This document shows, one piece after another, positions 56,587 to 64,000 of a stretch of 64,000 nt of DNA. Position 1 is the stretch's first letter. The number at the start of each line of letters is the position of its first letter. The notes beneath the pieces were generated by a model. That model ran no database searches, was not told the origin of the DNA, and saw only the letters and a program-made list of their open reading frames with translations. Location of the stretch: NCBI GenBank assembly GCA_965202875.1, contig OZ241870.1, positions 3,693,069 through 3,757,068 of the forward strand. Reading direction: 5' to 3'. Origin of the DNA: Gammaproteobacteria bacterium (GTDB taxonomy: Bacteria > Pseudomonadota > Gammaproteobacteria > HK1). The translations under genes were made by a program, and so were the position numbers.

Positions 56587-58022
56587 CCCGTTCCGCCCGC
56601 TGCTCGTTCCTTCCGCCGCTTCGCCCAGGCCGCCATGAACGTCTCGCCCGCGGGCGCGGGCAGGTCGCGGGTCGCGGTCCAGCCTCCGGCCAGGGGCAGC
56701 CGGCGGAAGCGGCCACGGAAGCGTCCGAGCAGGCCGAGGACGCGCATCGCGAGCGACGCCACGAAGCGGTAGAGCGCCGGGCGGCGCGCGGCGAAGGCCC
56801 ATATCCGCAACCCCAACCGGGCGCGCGGCGGCGTGAGGCGTTCGTCGAACTCGCGCTCGCGCAGCCGGCGGATCATGTCCGGGAGCGGGATCTCCACCGG
56901 GCACACCTCCCGGCACCGCCCGTTGAGGGTGCAGGCGTTGGGGAGGTCGCGGGCCTCGTCCAGCCCGACCATCAGCGGGGTCAGCACCGAGCCCATCGGA
57001 CCCACGTACACCCAGCCGTAGGCGTGCCCGCCCACCGCGTGGTAGACCGGACAGTGGTTCATGCACGCGCCGCAGCGGATGCAGCGCAGCATCTCGTGGA
57101 ACTCGTTGCCGAGCATCTGCGAGCGGCCGTTGTCGAGCAGCACCACGTGGTACTCGCCGGGGCCGTCGAGGTCACCCGCGCGGCGCGGCCCGCTCGACAG
57201 CGTTGTGTAGGCCGACGCCTCCTGCCCGGTCGCGCTTCTCGCCAGCACCCGCAGGAGGGTGCTCATGTCCTCGAGGGTGGGGATCACCTTCTCGATCCCC
57301 GTGGTCACCACGTGCACGCGCGGCAGGGTGTTGGTCAGGTCGCCGTTGCCCTCGTTGGTGACGATGACGCTCGACCCGGTCTCCGCGACCAGGAAGTTCG
57401 CGCCGGTGATCCCCACGTCCGCGCTCTGGAACTTCTCGCGCAGCACGGTGCGCGCCTCGCCGACCAGCGCGGTCGGCTCGGTCTGGCGTTCGGTGAGCCC
57501 GTACCGCGCGTGGTGCGCGTGGAAGAGGTCGGCGATCTGGTCCCGGGTCTTGTGGATGGCGGGGGCGATGATGTGGCTCGGCGGCTCGTTCGCGAGCTGG
57601 ATGACGTACTCCCCGAGATCGGTCTCGACCGGCTCGAAGCCCGCGGCTTCCAGGGCCTCGTTGAGCGCGATCTCCTCGCCCACCATGGACTTCCCCTTGG
57701 TGACCCGCTTCGCGCCCGCCGCGCGGCAGACGTCGAGGACGATCGCCCGCGCCTCGGCCGGGGTGCCCGCCCAGTGCACGTGCCCGCCGTGCTCGCGGAC
57801 CTGCGCTTCGAAGCGTTCGAGGTAGTGGTCGAGGTGCTGGAGGGTGTGCTCCTTGATCTCGCGCGCGATGCGCCGCAGCTCCGGGTACTCGGGCAGTGCT
57901 TCGACGGCGGCGCGGCGCTTGTCGATGAACCCCGTCCGGGCCCGCGCCATCGCCCGCGCGAGGTCGGGGTTCCGCAGCCCGGCCCGGGCCCGGGCCGGGA
58001 AGTCGTGGGCGGCGGACTTCAT
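56583..58022 (-). CDS. lutB: lactate utilisation protein B (4Fe-4S cluster-binding, YkgF family)
   Basis: 479 aa; LUD domain followed by two ferredoxin motifs 'CIRCGACMNHCPV' and 'CTLNGRCREVCPV'. Start at MKSAAHDF (58022). Confidence 0.85.
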   Translation of the reverse strand: MKSAAHDFPARARAGLRNPDLARAMARARTGFIDKRRAAVEALPEYPELRRIAREIKEHTLQHLDHYLERFEAQVREHGGHVHWAGTPAEARAIVLDVCRAAGAKRVTKGKSMVGEEIALNEALEAAGFEPVETDLGEYVIQLANEPPSHIIAPAIHKTRDQIADLFHAHHARYGLTERQTEPTALVGEARTVLREKFQSADVGITGANFLVAETGSSVIVTNEGNGDLTNTLPRVHVVTTGIEKVIPTLEDMSTLLRVLARSATGQEASAYTTLSSGPRRAGDLDGPGEYHVVLLDNGRSQMLGNEFHEMLRCIRCGACMNHCPVYHAVGGHAYGWVYVGPMGSVLTPLMVGLDEARDLPNACTLNGRCREVCPVEIPLPDMIRRLREREFDERLTPPRARLGLRIWAFAARRPALYRFVASLAMRVLGLLGRFRGRFRRLPLAGGWTATRDLPAPAGETFMAAWAKRRKERAAGGTG

Positions 58023-58209
58023 CGTCCGGGCTCCCCGAGTCCGCACTCCCCGAACACGCGCTCCCCGGTCCTGCTCCTGGCGCCCGTGCCGGCGGGCGCC
58101 TTCGCCACGGGGCGCGTACTCGCCGGGTACGCCGGGTATACCCTCGTCGCGGGTTCACGGTTTCGCGGCGCGGTCCAGGCGCGGCCCGGAAAATCGTACG
58201 TAGCGGATT

Positions 58210-59004
58210 TCATCGACCCTGCTCCCCGATTCCACGTTCGGTCATGCCGGCGAGCACCTCCGCCACGTGGAACACCCGCACCGGATGCGATTCGCGCGTG
58301 AGCCTGCCCGCGATGTTCATCAGGCAGCCCAGATCGCCGCCGAGCAGCACCCCGGCGCCGGTGGCGAGGACGTGGGCGCATTTCTCGTCGACGAGGCGGG
58401 TGGAGATCTCCGGGTACTTCACGCAGAACGTCCCGCCGAAGCCGCAGCAGGCGTCCGAATCGCGCATCTCCGCCACCGTCAGCCCCCCCACCGACGCGAG
58501 CAGGCGGCGCGGCTGGCCGCGTACCCCCATCTCGCGCAGGCCCGAGCAGGAGTCGTGGTAGGTCGCGTCCGCCTCGAAGCGCGCGGCGACCTCGCGCACG
58601 CCGAGGACGTCGACGAGGAAGCCCGCGAGCTCGTGCGTGCGTTCGGCCAGCGCCTGCGCCCGCCCGTGCCAGTCGGCGCCGGTGGGGAACAGCCGGGGGT
58701 AGTGCTCGCGCAGCATCCCGGCGCAGGAGCCGGACGGCGCGACGACGTAGTCGAAGGGCTCGAACGCCTCGACGGTACGCTTCGCGATGGCCCGCGCGGT
58801 GGCGGAGTCGCCGCCGTTGTACGCCGGCTGGCCGCAGCAGGTCTGCACGGCGGGCGCCTCCACGACGCAGCCCGCGTCCTCGAGCAGCCTGACCGCCGCG
58901 AACCCGACCGCGGGACGGAAGAGATCGACGAGGCAGGTGACGAGCAGCCCGACCCGGGGGCGGCTGGTCGGGTCGTCGGGAGACTGCCGGATTCTGTCGG
59001 ACAC
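58210..59004 (-). CDS. lutA: lactate utilisation protein A ((Fe-S) oxidoreductase, CCG domains, YkgE family)
   Basis: 'VGLLVTCLVDLF', 'CCGQPAYNGG', 'HDSCSGLREM' and 'CCGFGGTF' CCG-domain motifs. Confidence 0.85.
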   Translation of the reverse strand: MSDRIRQSPDDPTSRPRVGLLVTCLVDLFRPAVGFAAVRLLEDAGCVVEAPAVQTCCGQPAYNGGDSATARAIAKRTVEAFEPFDYVVAPSGSCAGMLREHYPRLFPTGADWHGRAQALAERTHELAGFLVDVLGVREVAARFEADATYHDSCSGLREMGVRGQPRRLLASVGGLTVAEMRDSDACCGFGGTFCVKYPEISTRLVDEKCAHVLATGAGVLLGGDLGCLMNIAGRLTRESHPVRVFHVAEVLAGMTERGIGEQGR

Positions 59005-59376
59005 GATGGAGGCTATGCCGCAGGTTGTCGCCCGATTCTATCCGAGCCGGTGGAAAGCTCCGCCGGCAAAGTGGCGGCGCCGCCTGGATTGATCTCGAAA
59101 GGTGGGTATGGGGCAGTCCATTCCAGACTCACCACAGGAACAGCCCGATGAATACGGACTACCTCATCGTCGGCTCGGCGATTGCACGTATCGCCTTCGC
59201 GGGCGCGTCGCGGGAATGGACCTGTGAGCGCCGAGCCGAGGACATCGGGCCCAGAGCCGTTCCGGATCAACTCGAAGAGCTGGCGGTGGGCGTAGCCGCC
59301 GCCCGCGGTGTCGTCTTCGACGTTCGATGCCTGCCGGAATGGCCGGCGTCGGCGCGGTCGTCCCGACCCCGATATG

Positions 59377-61026
59377 CTACAGCGTCCAGACGGCCACCTT
59401 GCGACCGTCCTGCCGGCGACCGCTTCCGCCCGCCTCGCTCCCGCGCTCCTCCGTGCCCTCACCCCTCCGCCGACGCTTCCCGCCGCGGCGGTCGAACACC
59501 ACCAGATGCCCTTCCTCCGCTCCGCACTGCGCCATGTACCCCAACGTCTGCTCCACCCCGCGATCGATGGTCCACGCGAGGCTCTTGCGGTCCGTATCCC
59601 GCAACACCTTGCACTCCACGACGAACCGCTCCCACAGGTCCGAGGGCTGCCCCGCCTCGCGCGGCCACAGCACCAGCAGGTCTGTCCGGCCGCGCCCCAG
59701 CCCGTACTCCCGCTCGATGCGTCCGCCCCCGTTCACCACCCGCTGCAAGTACGTCTGCAACAGGAGCTGCGGCCCCGCCTCCCGGTAGTCGAAGCGGCCC
59801 ATCCAGTGCTCCGCGTGTTCGCCGAAGAAGGTGCGGAACGCACTCAGCAGCTTCGTCATGTCCAGACGGCCGGCGCCGTCCACGTACCACGTCGCCTGGA
59901 TGTTGACCAGACGCTCCTGCGCCGCCGCCGTCAGCTCGCGCGGCACCACCTCCGCGTAGATCGGGTTCGCCATGCGGATGCCCCGGCCCGGCGCGATCAG
60001 CCCCAGGTCGCGCACGTAGTCGACGTCGCGCTGGAAGCCGATGTCCGACACCCCGCAGCCCGGCTCCTCCGCATCGCTCAGCAGCGGCTCGATGACCCGC
60101 CGCACCCGCTCTTCTTCCAGCTTGTGCGTTAGCTGGTCCAGATGCGTGCGCCGCGAGAGAATCAACTCCTCCCGCGCGGCGTAGACGTCGTCCATTTCGA
60201 TGGCCCGCGAGCGGTCCCTTCCGGCCTTGTTGTCGAAGCACGCCCCCGCGCACAGCGCGTTCACCAGCCACGGCTGGCCCTGGGTCTGCGTCCACACCGC
60301 CTCCACCGCCGCCGGGGAGAAACGCTGCCCGGTCTCCTCCGTGTGCTGCGCCATCAGCGCCCGCGTCTCCGCTTCCGTGAAGTTGCCCATGCGCAGCGAC
60401 TTCGCCGCGACGTTGAAGGGGCTGCCGCCGGCAATCACTTCGCCGGTGCTCGACCGGATGCGGTAGTCGCGGATGTCGCGCACCCCGCACAGCACCACGC
60501 TCTGCGGGAAGGCTTCCGGGCGTTGCTCGTAGCCGGCGCGGAGCTGGCGCAGCACCGAGAGCAGGGTGTCGCCGACCAGGGAGTCGATCTCATCGACCAG
60601 CAGCACCAGCGGCACCGGGTTCGCCAAGCACCAGTTGGACAGCAGATCGCCCAGCGCATCGTCCGGTCCCGATGCTTCCAGCACGGTGCGCCACGACTCG
60701 TGCGGAAAGCCGTCGCCCGACAGCCGCGCCCGCATGGCCAGCCGGCTCAGGATGGCGCGCATGCCGCGCGCCACGTCGTCGCGCGCCACCTGGCCGACCT
60801 CCACGTTGGTATGCACGCAACGGAAATTGCCCGCTTCGCCGCTGTTCAGGAAGTCGCGCAGGGCGATGAGGGCGGAGGTCTTGCCGGTCTGGCGCGGCGC
60901 GTGCAGCACGAAGTAGTGCTTGGCCCGAATCAGCCCCAGCAGATCTTCCACGTCCATCCGGTCCAGAGACGGAATGGCGTAGTGGTCGTCCGGACGCACC
61001 GGCCCTGCCGTGTTGAAGAAGCGCAT
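59377..61026 (-). CDS. AAA-ATPase-like + PD-(D/E)XK protein, paralogue 2 of 3
   Basis: 549 aa, ~90% identical to paralogue 1 but with a distinct N-terminal block ('MRFFNTAGPVRPDDHYAIPSLDRMDVEDLLGLIRAKHY'). Start at MRFFNT (61026); the longer listed ORF is an artefact. Confidence 0.8.
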   Translation of the reverse strand: MRFFNTAGPVRPDDHYAIPSLDRMDVEDLLGLIRAKHYFVLHAPRQTGKTSALIALRDFLNSGEAGNFRCVHTNVEVGQVARDDVARGMRAILSRLAMRARLSGDGFPHESWRTVLEASGPDDALGDLLSNWCLANPVPLVLLVDEIDSLVGDTLLSVLRQLRAGYEQRPEAFPQSVVLCGVRDIRDYRIRSSTGEVIAGGSPFNVAAKSLRMGNFTEAETRALMAQHTEETGQRFSPAAVEAVWTQTQGQPWLVNALCAGACFDNKAGRDRSRAIEMDDVYAAREELILSRRTHLDQLTHKLEEERVRRVIEPLLSDAEEPGCGVSDIGFQRDVDYVRDLGLIAPGRGIRMANPIYAEVVPRELTAAAQERLVNIQATWYVDGAGRLDMTKLLSAFRTFFGEHAEHWMGRFDYREAGPQLLLQTYLQRVVNGGGRIEREYGLGRGRTDLLVLWPREAGQPSDLWERFVVECKVLRDTDRKSLAWTIDRGVEQTLGYMAQCGAEEGHLVVFDRRGGKRRRRGEGTEERGSEAGGSGRRQDGRKVAVWTL

Positions 61027-61112
61027 GGGCCGATTATGACACTGCCGCGCTGGTTTCCGGGTTGCGCTCGGCCGACGAAATCGCGGTGCGGTCTCGCCGG
61101 GAGGCGGGCCGG

Positions 61113-61330
61113 TCATTCCCGCACCACGACGACGTGCAGCCGCCGCGGACCGTGCGCGCCTTCGAGGATCACGAGCTCGACGTCGCCGGTCTTCGAGGGG
61201 CCGCAGATGAGGTTGACGGTGCGCGGCATCGAGCCGCGCTCCTTGCGGAGCAAGGCCCATGCGTCTTCGGGACGGGCGACGATTCGCGACTCGCGCAGCA
61301 CCACGACGGAGGCCTGGGACAGGAAGTTCA
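61113..61330 (-). pseudogene. lutC: lutC 3'-terminal fragment (~70 codons) abutting the third AAA-ATPase paralogue
   Basis: '...LNFLSQASVVVLRESRIVARPEDAWALLRKERGSMPRTVNLICGPSKTGDVELVILEGAHGPRRLHVVVVRE'. Only the C-terminus is present and it joins directly to the 3' end of the next AAA gene with no spacer. Confidence 0.6.
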
Positions 61331-61359
61331 GCGGCGGCGGATGCTCCGGCCTCGATACG

Positions 61360-63009
61360 CTACAGCGTCCAGACGGCCACCTTGCGACCGTCGTGCCGGC
61401 GACCGCTTCCACCCGCCTCGCTCCCGCGCTCCTCCGTGCCCTCACTCCTCCGCCGACGTTTCCCGGTTCGGCGGTCGAACACCACCAGATGCCCTTCCTC
61501 CGCTCCGCACTGCACCATATACCCCAACGTCTGCTCCACCCCGCGATCGATGGTCCACGCGAGGCTCTTGCGGTCCGAGTCCCGCAACACCTTGCACTCC
61601 ACCACGAAACGCTCCCACAGGTCCGAGGGCTGCCCCGCCTCGCGCGGCCACAGCACCAGCAGGTCCGTCCGGCCGCGCCCCAGCCCGTACTCCCGCTCGA
61701 TGCGTCCGCCCCCGTTCACCACCCGCTGCAAGTACGTCTGCAACAGGAGCTGCGGCCCCGCCTCACGGTAGTCGAAGCGGCCCATCCAGTGCTCCGCATG
61801 TTCGCCGAAGAAGGTGCGGAACGCCCTCAGCAGCTTCGTCATGTCCAGCCGGCCATCGCCGTCCACGTACCACGTCGCCTGGACGTTGACCAGACGCTCC
61901 TGCGCCGCCGCCGTCAGCTCGCGCGGCACCACCTCCGCATAGATCGGGTTCGCCATGCGGATGCCCCGGCCCGGAGCGATCAGCCCCAGGTCGCGTACGT
62001 AGTCGACGTCGCGCTGGAAGCCGATGTCCGACACCCCGCAGCCCGGCTCCTCGGCATCGCTCAGCAGCGGCTCGATGACCCGCCGCACCCGCTCCTCCTC
62101 CAGCTTGTGCGCCAACTGGTCCAGATGCGTGCGCCGCGAGAGGATGAGCTCCTCCCGCGCCGCGTAGACGTCGTCCACCTCGATGGAACGCGAGCGGTCC
62201 CTTCCGGCCTTGTTGTCGAAGCACGCCCCCGCGCACAGCGCATTCACCAGCCACGGCTGGCCTTGCGTCTGCGTCCACACCGCCTCCACCGCCGCCGGGG
62301 AGAAACGCTGCCCGGTCTCCTCCGTGTGCTGCGCCATCAGCGCCCGCGTCTCCGCTTCCGTGAAGTCGCCCATGCGCAGCGACTTCGCCGCGACGTTGAA
62401 GGGGCTGCCGCCGGCAATCACTTCGCCGGTGCTCGACCGGATGCGGTAGTCGCGGATGTCGCGCACCCCGCACAGCACCACGCTCTGCGGGAAGGCTTCG
62501 GGGCGTTGCTCGTAGCCGGCGCGAAGCTGGCGCAGCACCGAGAGCAGGGTGTCGCCGACCAGGGAGTCGATCTCGTCCACCAGCAGCACCAGCGGCACCG
62601 GGTTCGCCAGGCACCAGTTGGACAGCAGATCGCCCAGCGCATCGTCCGGCCCCGATGCTTCCAGCACGGCGCGCCACGACTCGTGCGGAAAGCCGTCGCC
62701 CGACAGCCGCGCCCGCATGGCCAGCCGGCTCAGGATGGCGCGCATGCCGCGCGCCACGTCGTCGCGTGCCACCTGGCCGACCTCCACGTTGGTATGCACG
62801 CAGCGGAAATTGCCCGCTTCGCCGCTGTTCAGGAAGTCGCGCAGGGCGATGAGCGCGGAGGTCTTGCCCGTCTGGCGCGGCGCGTGCAGCACGAAGTAGC
62901 GTTCCGCCCGAATCAGGGCCAGGAATTCGCCGACGTTCACGCGATCCAACGGCCGGATCGCATAGTGCTTGTCCGGGCGCACCGGCCCTTCGGTGTTGAA
63001 GAAGCGCAT
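61360..63009 (-). CDS. AAA-ATPase-like + PD-(D/E)XK protein, paralogue 3 of 3 (mosaic of paralogues 1 and 2)
   Basis: 549 aa. Residues 1-57 match paralogue 1, 58-~330 match paralogue 2 ('FLNSGEAGNFRCVHTNVEVGQ...'), and the C-terminal third matches paralogue 1 again ('KVLRDSDRK...YMVQCG...RRTGKRRRRSEG'). Confidence 0.8.
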   Translation of the reverse strand: MRFFNTEGPVRPDKHYAIRPLDRVNVGEFLALIRAERYFVLHAPRQTGKTSALIALRDFLNSGEAGNFRCVHTNVEVGQVARDDVARGMRAILSRLAMRARLSGDGFPHESWRAVLEASGPDDALGDLLSNWCLANPVPLVLLVDEIDSLVGDTLLSVLRQLRAGYEQRPEAFPQSVVLCGVRDIRDYRIRSSTGEVIAGGSPFNVAAKSLRMGDFTEAETRALMAQHTEETGQRFSPAAVEAVWTQTQGQPWLVNALCAGACFDNKAGRDRSRSIEVDDVYAAREELILSRRTHLDQLAHKLEEERVRRVIEPLLSDAEEPGCGVSDIGFQRDVDYVRDLGLIAPGRGIRMANPIYAEVVPRELTAAAQERLVNVQATWYVDGDGRLDMTKLLRAFRTFFGEHAEHWMGRFDYREAGPQLLLQTYLQRVVNGGGRIEREYGLGRGRTDLLVLWPREAGQPSDLWERFVVECKVLRDSDRKSLAWTIDRGVEQTLGYMVQCGAEEGHLVVFDRRTGKRRRRSEGTEERGSEAGGSGRRHDGRKVAVWTL

Positions 63010-63096
63010 GGGCCGATTATGACACCTGCCGCGCTGGTTTCCGGGCTGCGCTCGGCCGAGAAAATCGCGGTACGGTCTCGCCGGACGGCGGGCCGG

Positions 63097-63318
63097 TCAT
63101 CCCCGCACCACGACGACGTGCAGCCGCCGCGGACCGTGCGCGCCTTCGAGGATCACGAGCTCGACGTCGCCGGTCTTCGAGGGGCCGCAGATGAGGTTGA
63201 CGGTGCGCGGCATCGTGGCGCGCTCCTTGCGGAGCATGGCCCAAGCGTCCTCGAGGTGCGGGACGATCCGCGACTCGCGCAGCACCGAAGCCAGGATGCG
63301 TTCCCTTGCGATGCTCAT
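63097..63318 (-). pseudogene. lutC: lutC with large internal in-frame deletion (first 12 codons joined to last ~60)
   Basis: Encodes 'MSIARERILASV|LRESRIVPHLEDAWAMLRKERATMPRTVNLICGPSKTGDVELVILEGAHGPRRLHVVVVRG'. Followed by a 44-bp direct duplication (63290-63333 / 63340-63383) of the lutB-lutC junction sequence. Confidence 0.6.
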
Positions 63319-63363
63319 CCCGTTCCGCCCGCTGCTCGTTCCTTCCGCCGCCCCTTGCGATGC

Positions 63364-63756
63364 TCATCCCGTTCCGCCCGCTGCTCGTTCCTTCCGCCGC
63401 TTCGCCCAGGCCGCCATGAACGTCTCGCCCGCGGGCGCGGGCAGGTCGCGGGTCGCGGTCCAGCCTCCGGCCAAGGGCAGCCGGCGGAAGCGGCCACGGA
63501 AGCGTCCGAGCAGGCCGAGGACGCGCATCGCGAACGACGCCACCAAGCGGTAGAGCGCCGGGGGGCGGGCGGCGAAGGCCCACGTCCGCAACCCCAACCG
63601 GGCGCGCGGCGGCGTGAGGCGTTCGTCGAACTCGCGCTCGACGCGGCGCAGTTGCGGGTACTCGGGCAGTGCTTCGACGGCGGCGCGGCGCTTGTCGATA
63701 AATCCCGTCCGGGCCCGCGCCATCGCCCGCGCGAGGTCGGGGTTCCGCAGCCCGGC
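63364..63756 (-). pseudogene. lutB: lutB remnant: 3' ~270 bp joined to 5' ~150 bp (internal ~1 kb deleted), 5' end fused to unrelated lower-GC sequence
   Basis: 3' part aligns to 56583-56860, then jumps to the segment matching 57880-58000 ('...LRVLGQCFDGGAALVDKSRPGPRHRPREVGVPQPGPG'). At 63757 similarity ends and a different sequence continues to the window edge (ORF start at 63990). Confidence 0.55.
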
Positions 63757-64000
63757 CCGGGCGCAGAATGAAATGCTTTCGTTGGCGGGATGCTCGGGAT
63801 TGCAACATGGTGTGTATCGCACGAAAATGCCCGGATGAAGATCAAGCATGCGGGATTGCGGAGGCTCCATGAGCGAGGCGACGCCCGACGGCTGAATCCC
63901 GGCCACGTCCGGCGCATCCGTCGCGTACTGGCCGATCTCGACGTAGCGCGCGACCCGCATGACCTCGATCAGCCCGGCTACCGGCTGCATCCTCTGGCAG

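Noticed and set aside
60142-63771. 1209-aa plus-strand ORF across AAA copies 2-3 and the lutC/lutB remnants
   Set aside because: Antisense to the well-supported ATPase-nuclease genes. Its internal repetition is just the mirrored tandem array.
53000-64000. Search for IS/transposase, integrase or inverted terminal repeats flanking the amplified array and the low-GC islets
   Set aside because: No transposase-, integrase- or recombinase-like translation was found in any frame and no tRNA at the islet borders. The array is better explained by homologous unequal recombination between direct repeats.

Overview
High-GC (~68-70%) proteobacterial chromosomal segment, densely coding on both strands. 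Main content, in order: (1) hydantoin utilisation genes (5'-truncated Asp/Glu/hydantoin racemase, D-hydantoinase), an NRDE protein, HIT, haloacid dehalogenase and an SDR. (2) A CoA-ligase-linked LivGHMKF-type ABC uptake cluster (AMP-dependent synthetase; LivG-like ATPase with a ~150-aa N-terminal extension; enlarged LivH; LivM; SBP; LivF; PaaK-like phenylacetate-CoA ligase), interrupted by a ~770-bp AT-rich insert encoding two tiny membrane proteins. (3) A complete PotFABC-like polyamine-type ABC transporter preceded by a 13-bp x7 tandem repeat, then an SDR. (4) On the minus strand: a multi-rhodanese protein; mmsA preceded by a 15-bp x4.5 tandem repeat; an orphan family-5 SBP and PotA-like ATPase; a ~1.35-kb low-GC islet carrying a divergent family-1 uracil-DNA glycosylase and a DUF2283 gene; a 936-aa flotillin. 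(5) A REP-like hairpin cluster; a 2-hydroxyacid dehydrogenase pseudogene truncated next to a lower-GC segment; DUF924; rhomboid; mobA; an LLM oxidoreductase; an ABC-2/GldG exporter. (6) A Panacea(DUF4065)-like gene paired with a proteasome-like Ntn-hydrolase, which is the best candidate here for an undescribed conflict module. (7) L,D-transpeptidase, speE, acyl-CoA dehydrogenase, histidine phosphatase, a glycosyltransferase, a possible VWA protein plus a J-domain membrane protein, AlaX-like and DUF465 genes. (8) A ~10.5-kb tandemly amplified, recombining array of three AAA-ATPase/PD-(D/E)XK paralogues interleaved with one intact and several decayed lutABC copies. No rRNA, tRNA, CRISPR array or recognisable transposase was found. 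Many long ORFs in the six-frame track are GC-rich antisense artefacts.
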